A stretch of 64,000 bases of DNA from Chrysomallon squamiferum (GCA_012295275.1 CM022672.1:31930001-31994000); one strand, 5' to 3'. Positions 48,735-62,857 are shown, counted from the first letter of the stretch. A program made the numbers and translations. Notes: generated by a model not told the origin, from the sequence alone.

Positions 48735-49728
48735 GCAGTGTCTAAAGATGCATGGAAAGTAAAACTGAGGTCACTAAAGACATTAAAGAGCTGGATAAGA
48801 TAATTTACTGAAAATTCATAACATGTGACCCTTCACATCAAAACATGTCTTAAGTTGAATTTTGCTCACTGATTTTCACTTTGATATCTGATTCATTCCT
48901 GTATTTCTCTGCTATGTGTAAAAAATAAGTGTGCTGGCAGCTGACAGAGTTGATGGAAAATTCTCTGTGTATTTCTCAGAAAATGAGCCATCAAGTAAAC
49001 AACAGTGTTTATAAAAGTGGTCTAAAACACACCCTAAAATCAAAATCTAAAATGTTGTGTCTCTGCACTAGTCACAGACACTTAAACACTTTTGCTGTGC
49101 AACTTAAAATCTGGTTTGATATGTCAGGTCATACACATCAGTTTGAAGATTATAAGAATCAAATTGTGAACAGGTTAACTAGAAATAACAAAAACCTGAA
49201 AAATGTAAGAATCTTAGGAAAACATCAACACATTTTAAAATGACTGTATTTCAAAGTCTTGACAAATGAAACAACAGAATATATATAGTCTGTGAGTCAG
49301 ACTTTAAATTTACATTCTAGACCAATGAAATGTGTTTGGACTTAGAGAAAGAAACAACTTATGTGCTCCAACATTCTTAATTAACATTCAGTTTAATTTA
49401 TTTTAAATTAATTTATTAATTACTTATTTATCAGTATTATTAATTTATTTACAGTGATGTTATATGCTTTGTTTAGTAACATTATGTGATAACTAGTTAC
49501 ATATTAAAACAGTTAATCTTACATTTTCTCACTCTTGTTTTTGCACCAATCTCAGATTCCTTCTCCCAAGTTGTGACTGCTTTTGACAATTCTACAGAGG
49601 AATGATGTCCTGAAATCAGAAAAGTTAATTATAATTATAGTTTTAACTGAATAGGATCCAATATTTACTATGTCTTTTATCTTGTATATAAACACTCTTA
49701 AATGATAAACAAACACAGGAAACAAAAA

Positions 49729-49782
<54 letters not shown>

Positions 49783-51810
49783 TAATAATCTAATAAACAT
49801 AAGAATAGAGACAAACTTACAATACTTCCATGATGTTTTGGTACAGAATTTTGTCCAGGCTGAGTTGATTTCAGTTTTCTGGTCTCAGAACTAACAGATA
49901 TTAAACCAGAATGAACTAGCAAAGAGTCCTGTTATAGAAGATGTAAATAAATAAGAATAAAAATGAATAGTTAATAATATCGCTGTACTTCACAGTATTA
50001 ATGGTCATCATAATTTATGTATGAAAAATAATTACAGTTAAAGAGAACATTTAATGCCATGTTAAAATATTTTAAATATTAATATTTCTTAAGTATGAAA
50101 CTAAATTTCTGAATAGAAACTGTACAAAGAAAGAGAAATTTCTCTATGAGTGGTTCTTCACTGGCAGGTAAAGGATGTTTTACATGCACTTTCAGAAGAC
50201 AGGAATGAACATAGCACATAATAATAATTATTGTAATAATACAAATAATAATGGTGATGATGTCAACAACAACAACATTAACAATAAACTGAATAAGTGA
50301 GTATTTTGTCTCCAGTAAGGTTTCAACTCTGACCTGAACCATGCAATAATTCAGTTTATAATAATATACATTGTGAAAATAAAAACGACAAAAACAGCAA
50401 CAAACAGAATGAAATTACCTCTGACTGTTTAAAACTCATCACAGACCTGGTCCATAACAAGCATACATGAACATTAATGGTTCTTCATAAGTTTTTTACA
50501 ACTTACCTTTAATGAGTGAAGTCCTTGATCAACAGTGACACATTTAACTGCTTTGACTACAGGTAGTTGTGTAAGAACAGAACATCCCCAAGTCATCACT
50601 GCAGGAAAGAATTTCATATCCTCTGTAGAGAGAAATAAATAAATTTATAATCAATTAAATACATAGTATATCATAACATATCTCAATCATTACACAAGAT
50701 TTATGTGACAAACTAATCAAAATGAAACAATTCAGATGATATCAATACCTCAAAAGGAAAATAATATATAAATTTTTTCTTAAAAAAGCATAATTAACAA
50801 ATAAAACAAAAAAACTGTAGATGATATAGTAACTGATTAAGAGCAAAATTGTAACTATTAATGGCAAAAAAAAGAACAAATACTGAAAAAGTAAAATTAA
50901 AACAGATCCATTAAAATGATGTCAGTCTGTCAGTTAATATTGATAAAACATTCAATCATTTCTTTTTAGTATGTGTGTGGGTATGTGTGTGTGCGTGTGT
51001 GTGTAATTTCAAAGGTGGAAGTATGATTTCAGTTAAGACAGTGATATAAAATATTACTATGCTGACAGGATATCTCAAGATAGAGTATAATACCACAAAT
51101 GAGAATGATATTTAAAATAAAAATAAATAATTCATTAGTAACAACATTGTGTAAATTAAAAAGCTATCATGAAGATTTTATAATATTAGTACATAATTGT
51201 GATTTCAGGAACCAAAATTAGTAATTAGGTACAAAATGAAAAATGTATGGATATATTTGTGCATAATTGTTTGTATATTTGTATTGTTTTTTTTTTTAAT
51301 CTATTCACATATGTAGGTAGATATATCTGTATGTATTTTTGTTTTTTGTGTGTGTGTGTTCATGTTTGAACACATATGTATATAATTATGGATGTAATGT
51401 GTCCTTATGTTTGTAAGTAAGTATGTATAAATGTATGTATGGTATGCATGTATTTACATACTAATGTATATGTGAGTTAACTAACCCTGTAGGTTTGGAG
51501 AGATGATCAAAAGGGATACAGTGAACAAAACACAGTAAATGAGTAATATCTGCACTGACATTTCATGCTGAAAGAAATATAAATCAGATTAAAAGATCAA
51601 ATAAATAAACACAGACATTTTTAAATATATGTATTTATACAAATAAATAATGGCTGCACACACACATTATTACAGAAGTCTCCTGTATTTGATCACGATA
51701 GGATCAAGCTTGTTGTAAATGTTTGTAACTGACGTCTCTGCACAGCATTCATAGCTCCGCCCCCAAAAGGGAGGTAACTCTAACATTACAGGTTAGACAA
51801 CCCTAAAACG

Positions 51811-54800
51811 ATGGCGGTCAAATCACTTTGACAAAGTTATAAATTGTCGGATTTGCCAGTGAATTTTTCTGGATTTCTAAAGAGATAGCCACTGTATCGA
51901 GAAAAAGCCGTCAGCAGGGTTTCAAGTACTTCAGTGAAAGTTACTTGAATGATGTTAACATGTTTTAGAATGATGACATCGACATTTTTACGCCAGCCAA
52001 ATCACACCGGTCCGCGAAGAAAAGCGAAAAACATCATGGGACCTACGTGGATATGTAACGGTGACATCTTATGCTCGTTGTTTTTGTCAGGCAGAGTAAG
52101 TAAAAACATGATTAATGATTTTATTTACGTTACGGAGTTTTTAAAAGTGCATCCAGACATTTCCTGTGGGTTGAAGAAAAAAATAAATCTTTCATTGAAA
52201 GTTGGCACAAAGGCATTAATTACTTAACTGTCAGTCAACTATTCCATAAAGGCTTAGATATATCATTTATCTGTACAACCAAAAGCCAGACCAAAAGAAA
52301 AGACCAATGCAGAATACATTGTCAGACTGCCGATATAGTACATTTATTTATGTGTTTTTAACAACAATCACTTTATAATATTAATGACAATGTATGTGTG
52401 TAAATGAAAACAGCTACTTTGTTGTCTTGTGATGAGAGTTCTGTAAACCAGCAAGAAAGAAACACATAAACAGATACAAATAAATAGATAAACCAAATGG
52501 AACAAACATCAAAATGACATGGCAAACTGGTGAAATTGTTTATACAAATACATTAAAACAAGAAAAGTTTAATTTAAACAATTCATTATTACAGTAAAAT
52601 TTACAATATGTAGAGCAAGTACACAGTAGTAAAATATCAATTCAGATATAATTTATCATAATATGGTATATGATATGATATTTTATCATTTACTAAAAAT
52701 ATTTTGTTGTGTTTTATTAATTTCACTTTGTGTCATGATTGTCATAAGTAAACTGTTTTTTTACAGGAATGTCAGAGTTAAAAGTGAAGATATTGATCAC
52801 CTCAAAAGTCTACATGCATCTTCCATTAGCTATCTGACAAACATCTGTGAAAATACCATAGACACACATGTTGGAAATGTTCCTTCAGGCAGTGGACTTT
52901 CAACACATGTAAGGCTTTCATGTTTTAGTAAATTTACTTCCTTTTAATACATGGTGGCAGAATTTGTTTTTAAAATGAACACATACCATATTTAATCAAA
53001 AGCAGACATCATACAGAGAAATTTTACCACTTAATATATTAAAAACTTTTCTGTATCTGATAGGGTTTTTCAATATGTACACAATGTTTTGCTATTTTCT
53101 TTGTTAAAAATACATCTTGCTCACTCATTTGTGATCCTGATTTTGCAAATGGTGGACTATTCAATCTGAGTCCTGTTTCTTCAACTTACTTTTTAATGTC
53201 AAAACTTTTATCACCCATGAGACCATCTCCTTTGTTAAGATAACAGATTTTCAACAAGTTGTTTAAGGACAGACTGAGAACCACTTTTATTAAAATATCT
53301 TTGTCAGACACTGAACCACCAAACAACACAGAACTAAATATAATGCAGCCTGTGGGATCTACAACTGCTAGTGACTTCAGGCTGTTAGCAGATTTTTAGT
53401 CACTGTATATTTAGGACTGGACTTTCAGTGAAGAGAATTTTGCAATTTTCATTTCTGTGCAGCAAACTATAGCAAAAGTATTAGGAGACTCCCTTCATAT
53501 ACTCATCAGGCATGCTTTCATATAAAATATCTCTATGTGGCCAAATACTGACTTCTCCAAACCTTACAAACACCTAGCTGAGCCAAGAATTGAAAATTAC
53601 ACCTGTCACTTGCTGAGTAAGGCCAAATCTGTGTCCTAAGTGTGGCAGATCTAAATTATTCCTCAGCTTACACAGAGTAAGAAATAACAGGTCATCTAAA
53701 GAGAAGCTGTTTATTAAGGAAATATTCCCTTTCCCTGTAAATGTTAAAAATGCCATATAATGATTTTGTATGAAACACATTATAATATTTTAAAAGTTGT
53801 TTTAACTTTTTAATTTTTTTATCTTCAGCCACAACTTCAACTGAAAAAGTAAGTGTTTTCTTTTTGGACAACAGTTCACACTCTTTTTCACTCTTTTCCA
53901 TTACTATCCTCTTCTTATTAATATCAGTCCTCAAAATTGTATACTCCACAACTAAGAACATGAAATGCATTGGTTCAACCCCTGAAACATAAAAAAAGCC
54001 TTTTGTGAATTAAAGCTTTAAATACATCTTATCCTTTCATAAATATATATAGGTTAGTTTTACCTTGCAAACAGAGGGGAGAAAAATACTTCAAAATAGC
54101 TTCTCTCAAGTTGCTCTAACAGATCTGCTGACAGTATATATGTATTAGCTTTACTACATTTAATTAATTATTAATGTTTTGTTGTTTATTATTTCAGGCA
54201 AAATATTTTAGAAACTTTGTGAGATAACATGTTGGAACTGTGTGTGGAAATCTGGAGTTTACACAGCCTTCAACAGTGACTGTTAATGATCAGTATGCAG
54301 GTCAGATCACTAAAATCACTAACAAAGATTGTTTGCTGAATGAAAAGAACCACATTAGATATCAGGCCAGCTGTTCCCTTTGGGCTAAAAAGTGGAAAGA
54401 ACGATTGACTGCTCCCAATTTTTGAACTATTTTAAAAGGTAAAATTTCACAGACTAATTTTTATTATCTTTAATTAGAACTAAAATATTTAACTATGCAA
54501 GACTACTGAAAAGAGGGTGTAGAACATTACATAAAAAAACAGCTAACCATGTTCATGATGTGACCTGATTGTGAATTCTGCTTTTTGAGTTCTAAGTGCT
54601 ACACCTGATAGACAGGTGTGTGTGAAAGGAAAGAACTGGACTAATCAAGTCTGCATATTCAGCCAGAGATCCCACTACTGAAAAAGCATCTGCTCTCCCC
54701 AGTTTTTATCTTGAATATACTGATTTACTGCATGTGAGAGAGGACCACATGTGCTGTTCTCAAGTCCAGGGCCAACTACTGGTGTCTGGTCCTGATTTGA

Positions 54801-54936
54801 GTGACTTTGTGCTGTCCACAAGAAAGGATTTGTTTATTAGAGGATTATTTCCAATACTGTTTTTATGCAGAACATGTTAAACAGGTTATGTGACTTTTAT
54901 TTTCAACATGTGAAACCACTGTCAATTCAGAGCTGA
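51811..54936. mobile_element. Decayed ISL2EU-type (PIF/Harbinger-related) DNA transposon with DDE_Tnp_4 transposase and SWIM-YqaJ exonuclease genes
   Basis: Both characteristic proteins are present as remnants on opposite strands. Termini/TIRs were not identified, so the true extent is larger. Confidence 0.85.
51811..54936 (+). pseudogene. SWIM zinc finger + YqaJ (lambda-exonuclease-like) accessory gene, decayed, multi-exon
   Basis: Exon 51811-52095 (QGFKYFSESY, AKSHRSAKKSEKHH, YARCFCQA|GT donor). Remnant KADQKKRP-like stretch at ~52280-52330. Exon 52767-52908 (THVGNVPSGSGLS). Exon 54198-54936 (QASCSLW...RLTAPNF, ATPD, QVQGQLLVSG, DFVLSTRKDLFI, FYFQHVKP). Confidence 0.82.
52934..53981 (-). 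pseudogene. HTH_Tnp_4 + DDE_Tnp_4 (HARBI1/ISL2-like) transposase exon, decayed
   Basis: LFLTLCKLRNNLDLPHLGHRFGL...IFNSW (HTH), WPHRDILYESMP, AIVCCTEMKI, KSANSLKSL..DPTGCIIF...FGGSVSDK, MGDKSFDIK, PPF, VHIE. TTTCAG acceptor at 53982. Confidence 0.88.
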
Positions 54937-56403
54937 ATTTTATTACTTAATATTATTGTGCTAATAAATGTACTTTTTAAGTGAGAGGTATTTTTTTCTG
55001 TGTTTGTGTAAAATACACAGGTGGACACCATTTTTTATCTCACACTATATTGTATATATGCAGTCTGGAAAAAATGTGTATTGCATTGTTCTATGTGTAC
55101 AGATCCATTTGAATCTGTTTGACTAAAGTTTTCATTCTCCACATTCAGAACAGCATCTTGTCTAAACAGTGCATTCAAAACTGCATGTTCTTGTTTTCCA
55201 TGTTAATCATGTCACATTAAAAATATGGCCACAAAAACACTGAATTAAAAAAATAATAATATAAACATTTAAAATGTGCAAAAATTCAGCAGTTGCATAT
55301 CTCTTTAATAGTTTAAAATGTGCAAAATGCAGCAGTAATTTAAAATATAATAAATATATATTTAACTGTCAATTAAATACTACAAGCAATGTTAAAAGCT
55401 TTGTTTACAAAGATACACATTTGTAATAAAAGAAAAGATGTATTGCATTTAAAAAAATATTACTATAATAATATTGAAGAATGACTAGTCCCTGGTATTG
55501 TTTAGTGGAATACTTTTACATATTCTGGTACATAAAGAAAGTTTTTATTTGATTACTTATGCATGAAGAAGACTGGAACAGATGTAAGAAAATTAAAGGT
55601 TGGCACATGTGTTTCAAATCAAAGCTAAACTAATTAAACCTACCCTTGAGTTTCCATATTTAAATTCTGCTTTTTGAAGGTTGCTTCATAGATGGGAAGT
55701 AAAATGATCTGCTGGTCATCAGTCAGGAAATAACTGTCCAGTCTTATCAACAAAATGCAGAAATGTAAAAAAATGTAATAGGATGTTATTTTTAAATAAA
55801 GATTTTCCCTAAAACATGTATGTCTATTCTTACTATACCTAGTTTAGAGGCATGTAATTCAAACTAAATTCATTCTGGCAATAATGACTAATGCAATCAT
55901 TTATAAATATATGTTTTGTAAATAGAAGTTTAAATAATATATACCTTGTAATTTTGTATTTAAGGCTGTAACACTTTTGTTTTGAATTAATACTGGATGT
56001 TAATCAAATATTATTTCTTCATATTTCTATTATCTTTTTAAAAAAAATTTTTTTTTTAGAAATTAAAGAAATTAAACAATTATATTGTCCAATAACTGGT
56101 CCAATGAAGCTATAATATGTTCAGTTCTGTGGTTGGAGAATTTCAAAATTCTTACCTTTGTACAAACATCTATTTGAGTTAATTTTCAATGTATTCATCT
56201 GTTCGTATCACTTGTGGCCTTCTGCATAAACTTGATAAAATGATCCACATGAGGTATTTTTTGTAAATTTGATTTAGCCTGAAACAGAGAAATGTATGTG
56301 ATGAAAAATATATTCAAGAACCAAGAAAAACATTCAGTTACAGATAAGTAAAGAAAAAAGGAAAAGAAAGAAATAATGATATATTCAAGAATAATAAATA
56401 CCA

Positions 56404-56451
<48 letters not shown>

Positions 56452-58599
56452 TACATTTTTATTTTCAGTGAATATCTCTGAATTTTTGGAAACTTGAACA
56501 ATAATAGATTACAGTATTACTGCAAAAACATACAAATATATAAAAATTCTTCACAGACTGAGTCAAGAGGCCTCTGCACTATCCAATCCAATCTGTTTGA
56601 CATTTCTCTTAGTTTTTATCTAGCTTTGCCTAAAAAATGTGGCTTTCCAATTACCCAAAAATATATTTGTTTTCTATTTTTTGTTTTTATATCATGTTCT
56701 TGTTCTTTTTGTTGTTGTATTACTTTTATTTTATTTTTTAAATATATCTAAACAAAAATTATAGGGAATTTCAACATGGATATGAAAATAGTAAATATGA
56801 ATATAGCAATTATGAAAATAGCTGATACTAATATAGTATTTAGCTCTGTATTATTTAATTGCATTCCAAATTTTTACTGTTATAATATTAGAATAATCAG
56901 TATTGTCATGACATAATAGTTACAGTTCATTGATTAATGTTAAATTAATCTAACTGGAACACATTTCACCTTACAAGTGATAGATATGTAAAAAACAAAA
57001 AAAGTTAATAAAAATATTAAACAAAATAATAATAAAGAAATAATACATCTGTGAACAACACAGAAAGAATAAATGTAAAGAATCAATATCACATATGTAA
57101 AACACACACACAAAAAAAAGAATGAAACAAGATAACTATTACATTATTGTATTTTTATTTGAGATAAATCAAGGTAAAAATGTCCAGAAGATTCAATCAG
57201 GTAGTCACATATTTAATAATACACGGATGTATCAAAAATGCATTAGTGTATCTATCACTGTTTACTGCAGAACACCTGAGATCTCTTGTGGAACCCCAGT
57301 TGAGAATCATTGATAGATCTAACAATTTACTCAGTCTGTGGGGAATTTTTCTTTACAGAGTGTGTCACAATAAAAATAAAAATGTCACTGCTTGTGCAAT
57401 TCCATCTAGTCTGCAGTGTATGTAATAATTTACTCAGTCTGTCAGGACTTTGTCTTCACACAATGTTAGAAATAGTTTCACTTGTTAACAATGGCAGTAA
57501 TTTGCATGTAATTAAACTGCAGTGTGAGAAGAACTGATCACACTTCTTTGAAGGATTAATAAACAATGATCCCATGTCTTGTAATAATATCTGCAGCTAG
57601 ATGAATGAAACTATTTTCATTGTGTTGTGATACTTCAGTTAATTCACATTTACATTTAGTGTGAAAAGTAGAATCTGCATAAATTCATGTGAGCACATTT
57701 TGTGTTGTTTATTGCTTTCATAATGGTCAGAGTGATCTAAAAGATGACAATGCATTTTAAAGTGAAATTAATAGAAGAGATTTCATCAGATCCATTGTGC
57801 AAACAAAAAGATATGTCATTTAATACAGGAAAACTAGCTGACATTCTATAACATAATGTCTATCACCAGATAGTGTGTAAAACCAACTTTTTGGCAGAGA
57901 GAAAATGAATAAATACTAGCAAGTTAGGAAAACCTGAACTGATGGTTGCATCAATGCTTTCAGCAAGAAAAAAGCAACATACTATCCATTTGCAATCTGA
58001 TTTTAGTTCTTTTTATTATATACAACATGAGACAAAACAGAAAAGTTTTTTGTTAAAGCTTTGTTAGGAGAGTACTGTGTTTATATCTTCTGTTACAAGT
58101 TATCTTACGCTTTGATGTAATTTAACACATACATTTTATTTGTAAACAGTGAATCAAACTGATTTTCCTTTTGTGGCATTAAATTTAATACAGTATTTAT
58201 GTTAATATTAAAAAGCCACATTTAAACCGATTTTAAAATCCTGGTATTATATATTCAGACTGAACTAATAAATAATTACTGATAACACTGCTTACATTTA
58301 CTCTTTTCTAAATAACAAATCTAAGCAAGACTTTAGCATTCAAGAACTGTTAATAATAACTATAAATTAAAAGAAAAAAAGAATGTTTGGCAAATCGTTA
58401 AAAACTACAGAGGCAAAAATTTAGTCAATAAAAGATGCAGATTTTTGCATTTCATGTAATATTGTTTTATTGGTTGCCAAAGGGTTTGTGATAATAGTAA
58501 GCCGCATTTTCTTTAAAGTTTATTTTTAATATATGTTCAGCTACTGAATGAATTACGAAACAGAATTATTTGCATCCCGGAGTGTGGCAAATATTGTAA

Positions 58600-58676
<77 letters not shown>

Positions 58677-59292
58677 CAAAGACGAACGATAAAGATTATT
58701 ACTATTATTATTATTATTATTATAAAAACTATTTTGTTAATTATTTATCACAATAATTACATAATATTAAGTCTTCCTTTCAAATTTTAAAATAAACTTT
58801 TAAATGTATTTTGAAATTAGTGATTTACTGAAATGTAATAAATGAAAAACTTGTAATAGCTCTTTTCTGCAGAGAATTAAACATTTGTTACAGAAATCGT
58901 AAATGAAATTTCTACCAAGATGTATTACTTTTTTCTTCTTTTTTTAATATTATGAAAATAAAATGAAAATAAAAGAAAAATAAAAGAAAAAATAAGATAA
59001 ATAAAAATAATATAATAATAAAATAACGAAAATAAAATAAATTAAAAAATACAACCAGAGTTTGAGTTCCTTGTTTGTTTCCTTGTTTCATAACAAACTT
59101 GTCGCCATAGAGACATTTACATTTTAAAAATTTGTGTTAATATTATTTTAATGGAATGAAAAAAAAGACATGATTTAACTTACATTAATTTTCCTTTTTG
59201 CTTTTGAAACAAAAAATCTTCAACATAAAATATACTTCCGGGTATATTCTAGATCGGATTTCATCTCAGTTCCAGTGCAACAGGTCGCAATC

Positions 59293-60095
59293 CTCTGTCA
59301 CGTCTGAAACACGGTTGTAAGATTGCGAGTCTCTGTCACGTCTGAAACACGGTTGTAAGATTGCGAGTTTCTGTCAGGTCTGAAACACGGTTGTAAGATT
59401 GCGAGTTTCTGTCACGTCTGAAACACGGTTGTAAGATTGCGAGTCTCTGTCACGTCTCAAACACGGTTGTAAGATAGCGAGTCTCTGACACGTCTGAAAC
59501 ACGGTTGTAAGATTGCGAGTTTCTGTCAGGTCTGAAACACGGTTGTAAGATTGCGGGTTTCTGTCACGTCTGAAACACGGTTGTAAGATTGCAAGTCTCT
59601 GTCACGTCTGAAACACGGTTGTAAGATTGCGAGTCTCTGACACGTCTGGAACATGGTTGTAAGATAGCGAGTCTCTGTCACGTCTGAAACACGGTTGTAA
59701 GATTGCGAGTCTCTGTCACGTCTGAAACACTGTTGTAAGATTGCGAGTCTCTGTCACGTCTGAAACACGGTTGTAAGATTGCGAGTCTCTGTCACGTCTG
59801 AAACACGGTTGTAAGATTGCGAGTCTCTGTCACGTCTCAAACACGGTTGTAAGATTGCGAGTCTCTGTCACGTCTGAAACACGGTTGTAAGATTGCGAGT
59901 CTCTGTCACGTCTGAAACACGGTTGTAAGATTGCGAGTCTCTGTCACGTCTGAAACACGGTTGTAAGATTGCGAGTCTCTGTCACGTCTGAAACACGGTT
60001 GTAAGATTGCGAGTCTCTGTCACGTCTGAAACACGGTTGTAAGATTGCGAGTCTCTGTCACGTCTGAAACACGGTTGTATGATTGCGAGTCTCTG
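59293..60095. repeat. 38-bp CpG-rich tandem repeat (VNTR), about 21 copies
   Basis: Unit GTCACGTCTGAAACACGGTTGTAAGATTGCGAGTCTCT; period 38 (59297 to 59335); very homogeneous, no spacers. Confidence 0.97.
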
Positions 60096-62120
60096 GCGCG
60101 GCGTGAAAACACGTGAACTTTGTTACATTGGAAGTTGATATGCTGCAATGTTACATAACTTTCTAACTGGTGCTGCGACACATTAATAGATGTGAATACT
60201 GAAAGAGAAAAATGGTATATGTTATGTTTTATAATGAATCTAAATTTCATGGTATATTTTTAAGTGTTATCATCCCAGAGCATATTATAAAGGTAATACT
60301 AGATGAATGTGTTTTTGTAATGGCAGTAATAAAGAAAGGGAAAAATCGATTCTGTCATGTTTGTAATTTTGGCGATGATGAATTTTAGTGTATTTTTAAC
60401 AGTATATCTGTCAGGTAAATGAACACACACACACACACACGCACGCACGCACACACACTTTGTTGTGTACACTACACTGCCTATCAGCAGTCTGTCATTT
60501 AATATCTTATAAGGATGTGAAATAATGTTTTTATCTTAATATAGATTCAGCTGAAGAACGTTATCTCAAGTCTTACAAATATTATTTATTAACAAGTCAG
60601 CACCAATCGTTATTTTGAACTATACACACACCCGTTGTCTATTAGTATTAAAGTAAGAATGATTACATTTCGGGTAAATGTTGTTAATTGTATCACTTTT
60701 AGTTACAATCTTAGTCACCATATTACAAACGATATTTCTAGTCCTTCGTTATCTTATAGATATGTGATTTTATTAACATACATTCTTTAATTCGTGTGGA
60801 TGTTCTGTGGTTAAAACATGCTGTTAAAAGAATTTTACGTTATCACTTATTACAAGACAATGATGATTTTGAGTGGTCTAAAGGTATTAACTACAGAATC
60901 TTTAAATTAGAACATTATCTGTTAAAATAGTCACACCAAAATGCTACAATAACATGTAACTTTAAAAATGTTAATGTGAAACATTAAAGGATTTAATACT
61001 TGAAAGGAAAAAACGGTAACTGTATTTTTATGATGAATCTAAACTGCCTGGCGTACTTTACTTCTTGTAACCATATTATAAATGCTAAATTAAGTCTCTT
61101 TTTTTTCCTTCTTTTTAACGGTAATTCTAGATGAATGTACTTTTTTAATATGTATATTACATATATACTGGTAATGTGAAACATTAATGGGAGTAATAAT
61201 AAAAAAGAAAACGAATGAAATCTGTAATTTCAGAGTATATTTTTACCGTACATCTTCACACACTAACGCACAGAGACGCAGATGCACACACCATAGTATT
61301 GTGAGTGTGTGTCTGTGTGTGAACACAGAGACACGTACATTCACAGCCACAATCACCCATGAACAGGCGTAAAGAAATGAACGTACAACATTTTGGCACT
61401 GTTTCAATTTGTAAAACAACGTTTCTATTCATTTACAACGTTGTATTTTTCTCTGTAGTTTGCAACAGAAAGATGCGGAAACTGACAGAATGCGCGCGCT
61501 TTTATATCTTTCGGTTGTCATAGAAATAATTGTGTTACCGTAGCTCTCGTAACCGAGTTCTATAGCAATATAAAATAATGTTAGTATTTGTAGTAGCTCT
61601 TGTATGTAGTAGCTGTAGTAGTAGTAATAGTATGAGTTGTATTTGAGGGGATGTGACAGTTGTCGCAGCTGTTATAAGTGATGATGACTGAAGCAGTAGT
61701 AACAGTATTATAGTAATAAAACTAACAGTACTGATAGCAGCAGTAGTAATAGTGGTAGCAGTAGCTGAAGTAGTAGTAGTTACAACAGTCGTGGTAGGAA
61801 CAGTATTGTAACCACTGTCACCATAGCTACGCTAATATTAACCTACTAATCCCAAACTCAATACCATCATTATACGACCAGATATACATCAACCATCCCA
61901 GAAAAAAAGCCTCAGAAAAAAAACCCCAAAAGCCCACAATTCCCCCAAAAAAACAAAAATACAATTACTATTATTACTACAACTAGAGCCAAAACAACAA
62001 CTATAGATCAGTTGTAGTGGTAGTAGTAGAAAGAGTAGTAAAACAGTAGCAGTAGTAGTAGCAATAGTAGGAATAGTAATAATAAAAATGATAATAGTAG
62101 TAGTAGTAGCAGTAGTAGTT

Positions 62121-62172
<52 letters not shown>

Positions 62173-62654
62173 CAGTAGTAGTAGTAGTAATAGTAGTAAT
62201 AATAACAATAATATTGATGATAGTAGTAGTAGTTGTAAAAATGAAACAATGAAAAAAGGTCCAAAAAGAAAGAAAGAACAAAAACAACAACAACAAAAAA
62301 AAAAAAAAAAAAAAAAAAATAAAATAAATTAAAATAAAGTAAATTCACCAGCTGTTTTATGACTTATTTGTATTTCATATTTACTTACTTCTTTGTATTT
62401 ACACGTCTACAAATACAAACTATTAGAATTTTGTCACCTGCCTACTCACTTATTTTGTTCTAACAGTCAAACGCTATGATTTCATCCTCGTTTTTTTTTT
62501 TTTTTTTTTTTTTTTTCATCTTTCTCCTTCTTCGCACTGTCTGTACTGACATATGTTCTTAATAAGCAAGGTAAACCGCAGACACGTCAGTTTATTGTTC
62601 CAAGGACACGCGGTTCTAAAGACAAATTCTGCTACTACATTAGACTGAACTTAC

Positions 62655-62857
62655 AAACACGAGTAGAGACCCGGCATTAATCTGCAAGACGTGTGTGAAT
62701 GTAGCGCGGAGTCGACACCGGGAGACATGGAATTTCAGTTCAGTGTGGCTGATGGTTTCAGTCACAGAGTGAACGCCGTGTAGGAGTTTAACAGTCGCAG
62801 AGAATAAATACATCGACAGGCGTACTGACTCTACTGAACAACGAGCGGCTTGAATAC
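62655..62857 (-). other. Candidate isolated exon (203 nt), product unknown
   Basis: TTTCAG acceptor and GTAAGT donor, higher GC than the flanks, and one stop-free frame (IQAARCSVESVRLSMYLFSATVKLL...SLLVF). No recognisable domain. Confidence 0.35.

Noticed and set aside
48929-49243. 104-aa plus-strand ORF
   Set aside because: No recognisable motif; local splice signals point to the opposite strand.
55100-55230. Possible THAP exon or right TIR of the ISL2EU element
   Set aside because: The Cys-containing translation does not fit the THAP pattern convincingly, and no matching left TIR was found.
59293-60095. 38-bp repeats as a CRISPR array
   Set aside because: Units are head-to-tail with no unique spacers, there are no cas genes, and the context is eukaryotic.
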